From Hypanus sabinus (Eukaryota): a DNA stretch of 64,000 bases. The notes under the pieces were generated by a model that saw only the letters and a list, made by a program, of their open reading frames with translations, was not told where the DNA came from and searched no databases. This document shows positions 1 through 11,300 of the stretch, in pieces. Numbering within the stretch: position 1 is the stretch's first letter; every line of letters starts with the position of its first letter. The stretch is from the NCBI RefSeq assembly GCF_030144855.1, contig NC_082715.1:145886001-145950000 (forward strand). The letters run 5' to 3'. A program made the translations under genes and the position numbers.

Positions 1-1414
1 AGCAGTGAGATGTCATCCCTGTAGATTTGTTTTGGTGGTAAGACATTGCCGTGGGCGACGTTGTATGGGTGGTTGGAGTTAATGTGTGCTACGAACAGCC
101 CCTCAAAGGACTTGATAGTGGCACACATCAGAGTGGCTGAGTGGCAGTCATTCTGGCACATTACCTTTCTTCCTAAGGTGAGAGTAGGAGCAGGTAGGAA
201 CTTCAGATTGGAGCAGGAAGAGGTTAAAAGTACCTGCAAATACCTCTGCCAGCTTATCTGCACACGATGTTTTCCATTCTGGAAGATTGATCTTAAACCT
301 GCAATTGGATTGAGATGCATTGGAGACTATCAGGGTAGGTGGTACAGTACATATCTATCCCCTACTGCTCAAAGCCACCATGAAATGGTGGGGCAGACTC
401 AACGGGCTGAATGGCCTGGCTCTGTACCCATGTCTTCTGGTGCAAACCATACAATGAGCTCATCAGGAAGGGACGGTGTTCGACTTCGTTTTGTAGTCTG
501 TTCTAGGATGTTAGCCCAACAACAACTGAAGGCAGGTCCTGAACTTAATTTCGGGCTGGTACTGTCTCTTGATACCACCGACAACTCTCTGGAGGTCCTG
601 GCGAGATTGTGCTCACCCAGTTTAGAATGTCTAATGGCCAAGCCTCACCACACGATATCCTAACAGCAGTCTACATCCCATCCCAGAGAAACATGAAGCC
701 TGCAGTCAATGAACTATACTCTGTGGTCAACAGCCTTAAACCGGACTGCTTGAGGCCCTCTTCATCAATACCGTTTACTTCAACTAGATCAACGCGAAGG
801 GTGAGATAATCAAATACACCCGTCCAACCAAAACACACAACTAGCCAGCCGGCTGCTTCACCCAACACTGTGGTAAATAAGACGCCCAGAAATTCCCTTT
901 GATTACCAAATTAACAACCACAATTAATCCAAAAAGTGACATGTAATCTCGACACCTCACGGTTTTGGCAATAATCGCATCCAACGAAAAAAACCTTCGT
1001 GACTTCCCTATACATTCAACGTCATTATCACTCATTAACATCCCATCAGGGATATCCACATCCCAGGCACAGATTTAAAACAAAACGGTTTTTCGCAGTC
1101 ACAAAGATAAGACAAAGTTTTATCTGTTGATTTTCTAAAAAAATATATAAAAAGACCGTCAATGATAAAGTTCCTCACATATTTTCCCAGTATTTAACTG
1201 ATGCTTATTATTTACAGCTCATTCCCAAGGGCGATATCTCGTCGCTAGAAATACTCAGCAAACTCCACCACGTCCCAGTCATTAGGAAGCTGCACAGAAC
1301 CGATGATGAAGCCTCAGCTGTTCCAGGCTGCAAACAGTGACTGAGCCGGCCTCAACAAATGCCGGGCCTGCACTTGAGCCACTCTGCCGTGCAGCCCAAT
1401 TCCTGGTTCCTTAC

Positions 1415-1465
1415 CTGGTTTAACAGCACATCATAGAACTCTTTCCGAATATCCGACACGAACAT
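1415..1465 (-). CDS. CDC45: CDC45 coding exon 1 (gene continues beyond the left edge of the window)
   Basis: Minus strand reads ATG...MFVSDIRKEFYDVLLNQ then GTAAGG donor; matches the vertebrate CDC45 N-terminus (MFVSDFRKEFYEVVQSQ); head-to-head with UFD1 as in mammals. Confidence 0.95.
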
Positions 1466-1529
1466 AGTTCGCTACTGATAACTTCCAACCGCGTATTCAA
1501 CACAATAACAGCCCTCCGAGAAGTCTTAG

Positions 1530-1700
1530 ACTCAAAGTTGGCGCCAAAAGAACAGACTAACACGGAGCTGATTGGATGTAAGCGCAGACTCTGTGGAGAG
1601 CAACCTGCTGAATTGATTGGTTATTTGGACGGGAAGTCCACAAGCTGATTGGACATAGAATACACACTCTAGCTTCTGATTGGGCAATCTCTTATTGGAT
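1530..1700 (-). promoter_or_regulatory. CDC45 proximal promoter: E2F site plus 5 CCAAT (NF-Y) boxes
   Basis: TTGGCGCCAA(AA) at 1538-1549 (TTTGGCGC on minus); ATTGG at 1571, 1616, 1648, 1679, 1694. Confidence 0.75.
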
Positions 1701-2409
1701 GAAATGCTCAGAAACCAACGATTTGTTTAGATGTGATTTGCCATCTCTCAAATGAAGTTTAAATATTAAGTGCGGTGGAATTAAATTAACGCCCTACAAG
1801 CAATTTGTAGAGAAATCGATCAGACTTAAACCGTAGTTTTAACCTGGCCTGTACGTTTTAGGATTTTGCCCTCCAAAATTATACGTTATTCATAAAATAT
1901 AAATAGTGCGCAGTATTTTTTTCCTCACAAGACATTTGCAGTGGCTGCACCAAGCTTCAGTGAGCCCCTCAACTCCCCGTTGCATGCTGCAAACTGGCAC
2001 ATCCCACCTGGCACTTCCTTGCATTGGAAGAGCACTGTGTTTCAGCCGAGGATTGCTCAGCTTTTTTCTGTGTCGCATAAATACAGTCCTGTATTGCTAC
2101 TTCAGCGTATTAACACTTAATTTTTAGGTCCACTTGGTACTGTGAACAGTATCACAAAGACAGGAAATTCTACAGGTGCTGGAAATCCAGAACAAACAGT
2201 CAACAGTTCAGGCTGAGACTCTTAATCAGGACTGGAAAGGAAGGGGGTAGGAGCCAGGTTAAGAAACGTGAGGGGAAGGGAAGAAGTACAATTGAGAAGG
2301 TGATAGGTGAGGGGGCAGATAACACCATGTCCTATGATAGCTGTGCGTGACTGGCAATAGACAGTTAAATGGACTGACAGGAAGGTTGGGGGGGTGGGGG
2401 GTGGAGCTT

Positions 2410-3260
2410 TAGGGAATCCTACACAAGAACTCCCAATTCTCTTTACACCCCAGGTTTTCGTACTTTCTGTCCATTTAGAAAATAGACAACCTTTTCATTT
2501 CTTCTGCCAAAGTGCATGATCATAACTTTCCCGACACTGTATTCCATTCGCTATTTCTTTGCCCATTCTCCTAATCTACCTGTCCTTCTGTAGCCTCTCT
2601 ACTTCCTCAAAACCAGCTATCCCTCCACCTCTCTTCATATTGTCTGCAAACTTTTTAACAAAGCCAAAAATGCCAACATCCAAATCATTAACATACAGTG
2701 TAAAAAGAATCAGTCCTAACACAGACTTTTCAGTCAGTCAGAAAAGGCTCTCTTTATTCCCACTCTTTGTCTCCTGCTAATCAGACACTGTTAGAATCTT
2801 TCCTGTAATACCATCAGCTAATAGCTTGTCAAAAGCCTGCTGAAAATCCAGACACACAACATCAAATGATTCTCCCTTGTCTATCCTGCTTGTTATTTCT
2901 TCAAAAAATTCCAATAGATTTGTCAGGCAAGATTTTCCCTTGAGGAAACCATGTTGACCATGGCCTGTTTTATCATGTGCCTCCAAGTACCCTGAAACTT
3001 CATCCTTAATAATCAACTTCAACATCTTCCCAGCCACTGAGGTCAGACTAACTGGCCTATAGTTTCCTTTTTTCTGCCTCTCTCCCTTTTTGAAGAGTGG
3101 AGTGACACTTGCTATTTTCCAGTCTTCCAGAACCATTCCAGAATCTAGAAATCCTTGAAACAACATTACTAATACCTCCATGATATCTTCAGTCATTTCT
3201 TTCAGAACTCTGGTCAGCACACTATCTGATCCAGGTGACTTAACTACCTTCAGAACCTTC
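2410..3260 (-). mobile_element. CR1-type LINE ORF2 (reverse transcriptase) fragment
   Basis: ORF 2777-3220: WKIASVTPLFKKG...[10 protein letters not shown]...QHGFLKGKSCLTNLLEFFEE...LDFQQAFDK. Confidence 0.9.
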
Positions 3261-3350
3261 TCTCTGGTTATGGAAATTTTTTACTTAGGTGGTTTAATGA
3301 AACACTCAATGAAATGTTGTCCTATCATCAAAAACATGAATAAAATTCAA

Positions 3351-3656
3351 ATAACACACACAAAATGCCGGTGGAACGCAGCAGGCCAGGCAGCATCTAT
3401 AGGTAGAAGCACTGTCGACGTTTCGGGCTGAGTTCCTTCGTCAGGACTAACTGAAAGGAGAGGTACTAAGAGATTTGCAAGTAGTGGGGGGAGGTGGAAA
3501 TGCAAAATGATAGGAGAAGACCGGAGGGGGTGAGCTGGAAAGGTGATTGGCGAGAGTGATACAGAGAAGGGAAAGGATCACGGGATGGGAGGCCTCGGGA
3601 GAAAGGGGGGGGGGAGCACCAGAGGGAGATGGAGAACAGGCAGAGTGATGGGAATA
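3351..3656 (-). mobile_element. Young Penelope-derived non-autonomous retroelement with 13-bp TSD
   Basis: Perfect direct repeat GAATAAAATTCAA at 3338-3350 and 3657-3669; belongs to the family repeated across the window. Confidence 0.8.
3414..3447 (-). ncRNA. Minimal type I hammerhead ribozyme motif
   Basis: Minus strand: gtc-CTGACGA-A-GGAACTCAGCCC-GAAAC-GTC-gac; intact CUGANGA/GAAA/GUC core, 3-bp stem I, palindromic ACGU stem III. Confidence 0.65.
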
Positions 3657-3882
3657 GAATAAAATTCAACTCTTGGCCACTTACAGACCATAGCTGTAAT
3701 GAGAGTATTTTACTTACAAGAGCACAGATGACAAGAGCATGGATAGGAAGTACTGTGTGAGCCCCTGTATTAAACATTTTGCACCAAAGTAAAGCTGTTT
3801 TGATTTCTCCCGATTTTTTGCTGCAATTCATTGTTTTGTTAGCAATTATCTTGTTTGGTTTAACTCCTCCAGTAAGTTTTAG

Positions 3883-4790
3883 TGAATCAGACTCAGGTTT
3901 AATATCGCTGGCATATGTCATGAAATTTGTTCTTTTCTATCAGCAATATATTGCAATATATAGGAATAAAAACTGTAAATTACTGTAAGAATATATAAAA
4001 AACAAATTAAATATGTAGTGAAAAAAGGAGGGAAAAATACTGAGTAAGTGTCCATTCAGAAATCTGTTGGTGGGGGGGAAGAAGCTGTTCTTGAAATTGA
4101 AGTGTGTCCTCAGGCTCCTGTACCTCCTCCTTGATGGTAACTATGAGAAGAGACTATGTGCTGTGCAATGAGTGACCTTAATGATGGATGCCGCCTTAAT
4201 GAGGCATCATCTTTTGAAGGTATCCGGGATGCTGGGGAGACAAGTGCCTATGACGGATCTAGCTAAGTTTACAACTTTCTGCAGCTTCTTCCGATCCTGT
4301 GCAGTGGCCCCTCCATACCAGCTGGAGACGCAACCAGAGAGAATGGTACATATGTAGAAATCCGCAAGTGTCTTTGGTGATATACACATTCTCTTCAATT
4401 CTGAATGAAATATGGTCACTTTTGTGCCTTCTTAGTAATTACATCAATACGTTAGCTCCACGATATACCCTCAGAGAAGCTGACACCCAGGAACTTGAAA
4501 CAAGTCACCCTTTCCACTTCTGATCCCTCAATGAGGACTGGTGACAGTGTCTTCCCTCAACTTTCCCTTCCTTAAGTTCACAATCAATTTTGAGGTCTTA
4601 CTAATGAAAATTGTTGCTGCAACACCACTCAACCAGCTGATCCATCTTGTCCCTGTATGTCTCCTCGTCACCATTTGAAATTCTGCCAATAACAGTGTGT
4701 CATCAGCAAATTTATAGATGGTATTTGAGCAGTGCCTATCCACACAGTTATGGGTGTAGACAGAGTAGAACAGTGGACTAAGCACACATT
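3883..4790 (-). mobile_element. Rex1/Babar-like LINE 3' fragment
   Basis: ORFs LSPLFYSVYTHNC...YKFADDT and FYICTILSGCVSSWYG...LQKVV. Confidence 0.8.
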
Positions 4791-5699
4791 CTTATGTGGT
4801 GTCAATCCCTTAGAAGGAAGCACTTACTCACAAACCAATGGAATTAATATCCCTCTTCAAAAAAAAAGTTCAATAGTTTAAGTTTGATTTAACTTTGTGC
4901 AATGATTTTACTTTAATCTTGATGACTCATATAAATTCATTGTGTCTATGTACAACAGCAGTGCTCAGCATGATGAGATCACAAAGGGATTCAGTGTATT
5001 ACCCAACTGACCCAAGCCTTAACTGATGACCTAATTCAAAGGTTTTTCATTATTGTGAAGATTCTTTATCAGGTGAGTATCTCTACACAGATTTTACTGC
5101 TTTATGAAATAGTAACAGGAGAACACAAGAAGAATTAAGCAGGCAATGAATGGATTGAAGACATCCTTTCATGATGCCTGGCCACAATATGGAATTCTCA
5201 GCAACAGAGCCTCATGAAATTGAGGCAAAGAATTATTTTAAAGTAATTAAATTGTTGTTTGAATAACAGATTTTGGGTGTACTGCAGATGAGACCTGCAT
5301 CAATTTATTATATTCCATGGATATGATTAAGTTAGTACTTTATTTGGAAGCATATTTCATTAGCTTCATAAATAGTAAATAAGCCAAGAACAAGGGGAAA
5401 TCCAAATATTCATGGTACACATGGTTCTTAAAGGTATATATACATAACAAGTACACTGCTACTGCTAAAAAAGTAACACCATCATTTTGATAATAATTAC
5501 TACATATGTTGTCAAATTGCACAATTAACTATTTACAGACAAATATAAATATACATGTTAGATACTAGTACAAAAATGTTCAGCTAACAGCTGTAAACTA
5601 ACTGCCTACTTCAGGGAAAGATTTTTGCATGTATAGTTGAAGTTGAGGATTGTAAATCAAGTTTGTTTATTTACCATTTATTAACTAGTCATTTTCAAT

Positions 5700-6890
5700 A
5701 TTAATGCACTTTATTGTCATCTGACTATGCATATATACACCAAATGAACAACATTCCTCTGTACCACAGAGCTCCCAGAAAGCATATATCACACACAGCA
5801 CATAAACCAAAATATTATCATAAATAAGTTAATAAAATATAGCTCAAAATGCTTGTAGTGTGTGGCATAGGTAAACAGTAAACCACTCGCTGTCCTAGTG
5901 ATGAAGCCTTGGAGGTGGCAGGTTATTCATTAGTCTCAGAGCCTGAGTGAAGAAGCTGTTACATAGTCAGGCAGTCCTAGTCCTGATGTTCCTGTAGCTC
6001 TTTCAATAGACAATAGGTGAGGGGTAGGCCATTTGGCCCTTTGAGCCAGCACCACCATTCAGTGTGATCATGGATGATCATCCACATGGATGCTGATGGT
6101 AGTGGGTCAAAAAGGTTGTGGGATGAGTGGTAGGGATCCTCAACAATGCCTTGGCCCTTTGTCTGCCATGCTCATGGTAAACGTCACAAATAGTTGGGGG
6201 GGGGGGGTGAGAGACCCCAGTGGTCCTCTCGGCAGTTTTTACTGTCCTCTGTAGGGTTTGCAGTTCAATGCCGTGCAGTTTCTGTATCACACAATGATAC
6301 AGCCAGACAAGACAGCCAGTGGTGCTCCTGTAGAAAGTTATTAGGAAAGATTGCACACCTCAGTCTCCTCAGAGTGTAGATGCTGCTCTGCCTTCCTGAC
6401 TGACGAGGAAGCATTATGGGTTCAGATTAGATCATCCATTATGTGCACACCAAGGAACTTTGTGCTCTCTCGATGACAGAGCCATTGATGTGCAATGGAG
6501 AGTGGTCGACCTGTGCCTTCCTGGGGTCCACAATCATCTCTTTTGTCTTGTCCACCTTGAGACACAGGTTACTGTTCTCACACCATTTGACTCCTGGCAT
6601 TTCTCCCGTCTCTCCATAAACAATCCTCCATGCCTTGGTGTCAAAGTCCTCTGCTGGGAAACGTTGTTCTTGACTGAGAATTAGAATCGGAATCAGGTTT
6701 ATCGTCACTGACGTAGGTTACGAAATTTGTTGTTTGGTGGCAGCAGTACAGCTCAGGCAAAACAAATTACTGTTCGTGAAAATAAAACTGAATAAATAAT
6801 GCAAAAGAGGAAAAGCAAGACAGCTTAATGTCTTGAACATTGACTGTTCAAGATTCTGATGGCAGAGGGTAAGAAACTGTTCCTAAAACA
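5700..6890 (-). mobile_element. Rex1-like LINE fragments (several, degenerate)
   Basis: ORFs WCENSNLCLKVDKTKEMIVD and LQRTVKTAERTTG; 3' ends similar to other copies. Confidence 0.7.
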
Positions 6891-7161
6891 GTCTTCCCCT
6901 CTGCTATCTGGACATACAGTATGCCACCCTTTCTGACTCCTCCTAATACACCTCTTTCATCCCTGTTAAACAACAGCAAACTTGGCCGTATCTGTAAGTC
7001 ACCATGTGCTGGGGATTATCCCAAAGGGTGGACCTGCACATTAATCGAAACTATGGTTGCTGAAGAAGTCCATTGGAAGGCACGGCACAGCAGCAACCAT
7101 ACACTCCAAGCAGGACCAACCGGTCCAAAACTGGCTTGGTGATACGACCTAGATGGTAGTG

Positions 7162-7358
7162 GTTGCTGTTGTTCCTTTCCGCTCCCTGTGGTACATCTGG
7201 CAGCAACCCTGCCATCTCTTTGGCATTTTGTCTATTTTTCACAAGTTGCTAACTCGATACTCAGCCCAGCACAAATGGAAAGCATGCAAGGAGCAGGCCG
7301 GCCCAGGGCCACCCACTTGCCTCAAAGTCCGGTGCAGATGCCCCAACACCACCAGCCA
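7162..7358 (-). mobile_element. tRNA-derived SINE with (AAC)n tail
   Basis: Minus strand begins GGCTGGTGGTGTTGG (A-box-like) and ends in AACAACAGCAAC. Confidence 0.45.
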
Positions 7359-7959
7359 GAGAAGGATGTTTTTCTAGTTTGGGAAGTTTTGACCCGTGAT
7401 GTACCATAGGGACTGGTGCTGGGAACTTTGCTGCTTACATGTCTGTCAATGCAGGAGGTAGCATTAGTAAATTTGAGAGTGGCATGAGAGTTGGTGGTTT
7501 TGTGGAGAGCAAGTTAAGCTATCTAAGGCTACAATAGAATATAGATCAGATGAAAGGTTGAGCAGACTCTTGGCAGGTAGAATTAAATACCGACCCGAAT
7601 GTCGACCATTCCTTCCACCCCACAGATGCTGCTCAACTCTCCGAGTTCTTCGAGCAGTTTGGTTTTCGCTACTGATTTCAGTATCTGCAGCCTCTTGTGC
7701 CTCTGTAAACTAGCCCCACAATTGGTGATTGGCAGGAAAGGGGAATTGATGGGTATGTGTTTCTGAGGGCTGCCTCCAGCACATCCCTAGGTTTGTCGGT
7801 TGTTAACGCATAAGACACGTTTCACTGTATGTTTTGGTGTGCATGTGATAAATAAATCTTAATTTTGAATCTGAAAGGCGGGATTGGATTGCTCTGGGAT
7901 GCGGCAAGAGCAAGATATTGCGGTAACCCCAGCAGCCTTCGCTCATGCTCATTTTCCCT

Positions 7960-8394
7960 CACCCTCTCCACTCTTTCGGCTCCCAAATGCCGAAGCCCGG
8001 CTCGCTAAACATTCCCCTTCCGTAAGTAAGCGCGAGTGTGAATGGTCGAAGCTAACCAGAACTACCCAATGAAAAGCAGCGACACACTGACTGTGTGGCA
8101 TTGATTGGTCAATAGGGCTTCCAGTGGAGCAATGAACAGTGAGTATTCTAGAATCTGTCAGATGATTGGTCGTGTCAAAGAACCCAATGACAGGCCCGGC
8201 GTCGGTCTCGGCGAATAGAAGCCGGCTCCCTGCATGCCCGGCTGTAGCGCTGGTTCCGGTGGACAGCGGCGGCGTACGGGCAGTGCTTACCTGTGTAGGA
8301 GCGCGGCGGAGGAATCGGTGTCGGTCAGGAGATCACCAGAGGAACCAAGTCAGCCACACATTGTCTCGTCAGAGGCTGCATAGAAGGAAGGATG
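7960..8394 (+). promoter_or_regulatory. UFD1 CpG-rich promoter/5' UTR with CCAAT boxes and an ETS-like site
   Basis: High CpG density; CCAAT/ATTGG near 8066, 8104, 8165, 8184; TTCCGG near 8254. Confidence 0.65.
8392..8394 (+). CDS. UFD1: UFD1 exon 1 (ATG only)
   Basis: AGGATG|GTAAGG in the CpG-rich region; phase 0 joins FAFNMF. Confidence 0.85.
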
Positions 8395-11300
8395 GTAAGG
8401 TGGCCGGGGTGAGCACGGTGGGGACCCGGTGTTGTATGGGGGAGGGGAAGGTTGGGGTGTTATGTGAAGAGATTGCACAGTCATTGTTGAACGTGAGAGA
8501 CCCCCTACGGCATTTAGACATTCCCCACTGAACCTCCTTATAATGTCTGGGATTTGGGAATGCGTGCGGGAACTGACAGGGATTTTGTGTTAAAGAATTA
8601 CAAGCTACCTCCATTGCTAGTCGAGGGAAGAGTTCGTGTCCTCAAACGACCAGCTGATTGCCAAGATGTTTTTATTTGAAGTTAGCTGATTTCTATTACA
8701 ATTGATGTAATTTTGTGTCGGAGCCACTTCTAATGGTGGTGAGTGTGAATATAGTATCTGAGCTGCCAAGCCTCTGTTCACTGGCTAGTAGGTAGGTAGG
8801 GAAGTAGAGTTAAATGAGTAAATCTATCAACTGAGCAGTGTTCCAAGTGGTATTGTGAGATGGGTCTTAATATGGTTGTCGTGGTCATTAGGAAGAATAT
8901 TTAGCCCATTCCATTACTGTCTGGTCTTCTGAATCTCAGGTTTTTAACCTGTAATCAACGTCAAAGTTGAGTTTATTGTCTTGCGTACAGCTCCATGTAT
9001 GTACAGGTGCAATGAAAAATTCACTTGTGGCGGCAACGTAACAGGTGCATAGCATTGTATTTTTCAGTGGACTCATTCTAAAATCTCTAGCACTGACAAG
9101 CCACTTCTATTGCCCTCCTATATTTTAATTTTAGGCCTATAATCTTTTGGGTTCAGAATCCACAAATGCTGTGACAGGTTGGTTCTGTGAATCGGAGTGT
9201 ACTTTCAGCTTATCTGGTTATATGTAACTTTTAAAATGATTAATTTAGTGTCTCAATTACAGGGGGCTGGATGGCCATTCAGTTTTTGAATTTCACTCAA
9301 GGCTGATTAACCTTATGTTACCTGGTGTAAACTTTTACTAATGCTCTTGTTTAATGATGGGGGCCATTTTGCTAAGGGGCATCATTTGGAAAAGTTTGGA
9401 GAAAAACATTGATCTAAGTGTCATATCTTAATTGGTGTGTGAAGTGTGAGTAAAGAGTAGTGTGTTGGAGGAATGTAATTTTGTGGATGCTTTATCATAT
9501 TACTTTATATGGTGAATGCTGGTATTGTGAACTGAAATGTCACTAAGTTTGTTCACAAATTGTTGACATACTACAAGTTTGTATCACTTAATATGGTAAC
9601 AACTGGAATTATTATGCCTGTGCTAACAATGATTATAATTAAAAAATGCTCCTCATCCCTCCATGTTTGTTTGGGCAATGGTATTTTGCTATTGCCATTT
9701 CTTCTTGAATACTGCAGTATGTAAGATTAGAAATTGTTTGAATATGTCAGTCTCTGATACTAAACATTATTAGGTGACCCTGTGTATATAGGATTTTGTG
9801 AAAGAGAAATTGGTATTTCTTTTTCCCTGTGTGGATAGATAAGCCTCCTTACTCTTTGACCTCATGCTAAGATTTTACTTTGCCCTCACCTGAGGAAATG
9901 TACTAATGACTCCCTATTTTCACCCTGAAAGTTAGTTACAAATGAGCACACAGAATGAAATGATAAAGCTTGAATGTATGACTTGCTGTCAGTTTATGAG
10001 GCCACCTGGTAATGTCGAGGAAGCTTAGAATTTCCTGATTTAGGAAGTGGAATGGGTTCTGAAGGCTCCCTTCCTGGAGTTCATTCAATGTAACTCGAAA
10101 AAAAGAATGATATGAATGCTAATAGAGCCCTCTGATAAAATACATCTTGGAAGTATGATGTATCTTATTCCAACTTTTAATCAAACCCATTAAAGATTTT
10201 GTTTTCTCAGTCTGATGCAGTTATACCCTTTCTGAGACATTCTTCGTAATTCTCATTTCTTTTCAATGTAGTTTGCCTTTAATATGTTCGACCAAGCAAT
10301 TCCGCAAGCATTTCGGAATCGGTTCTCAACGCAGTACCGCTGCTACTCTGTCTCGATGTTTGCAGGCAGTGATCGATCGGATGTAGAGAAGGGAGGAAAA
10401 AGTAAGTGGTTGGAATTTTACCCACTTTCCCATTGTCTAGTTGTTTTGTTAACAGGTAGGCAAGCAAATTCTACTTTTTCAGAAAGTTTTGATTTTGGCA
10501 ATCTGGATTTTTTAAATTTATTGAATTACTTTCTCCGAAGTTTTGTATTTCTATATTGGAAAGTTCTATCTTAACTATTAATCAGCTGAACTGCTCCACA
10601 GCCATCATCCAAACTGTCATTTAGCATCTGTGTGAGGCTATTACAATCCCACAGCTTGTAAAACTGCTTCTTGTGTTTAATCCTAACCTCCAGTGCTGTC
10701 TTTTGCAGTTTGTAAGTTTTCCTGTGGCAGCCTGAATGATAAGAGGTTATGTAGGTTAATTGCTTGATGTAAATTGCCTGTATTGTGTACATCAGTAATA
10801 GAATCTTGGTGGGGGATTTGCTCAGAATTACAGGAAAAATTGTTGAGAAAAGGAATTGCTTTGCAAGCTGTCGTAGACTCGATGGGCTGAATGGCCTCCT
10901 GGTCATATGGAAATCCATCTCTGCTTCTGCTAAAATTGTGATTGGTAGATTTTTGTAAGCTCTGGATTGCTTTATGTTGCATTCCAGCTCACGAAGAAGG
11001 GACTCGGGGTTGACAATGGTTCTTTCACTTTGTCTTTGAATTCCCACAATCTTTATTCCATTGGACAGTATTTCAGAGCTGAAGAGGTACTGTAGAGGTA
11101 TCCCAGAACAAAATAGATATTGGGAATGATGAGAACTTTATGAACTTGTTAATAATAAAACTCTTCTCATCACTGCGAATTATACTTTACATTGAAAGGT
11201 AAATACGCTGCTGTTGGGTGCCAGGTACAATAATTTGTTTTCTCTGCCCGTGGAATATTCCATTCCTGATGTCAGTGGACCAGCCAACAGCTGTTGGACA

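Noticed and set aside
46-1059. ORFs of 205 aa and shorter at the window start
   Set aside because: They lie in CDC45 intron 1, use non-ATG starts or repeat-derived sequence, and have no recognisable domain; CDC45 exon 2 was not found inside the window
4957-5225. Exon-like segment (AG...CAG|GTGAGT) with ATGATGA/CTGA resembling C/D snoRNA boxes
   Set aside because: Stops in all frames, no terminal stem, and not inside a host intron; could be lncRNA but unsupported
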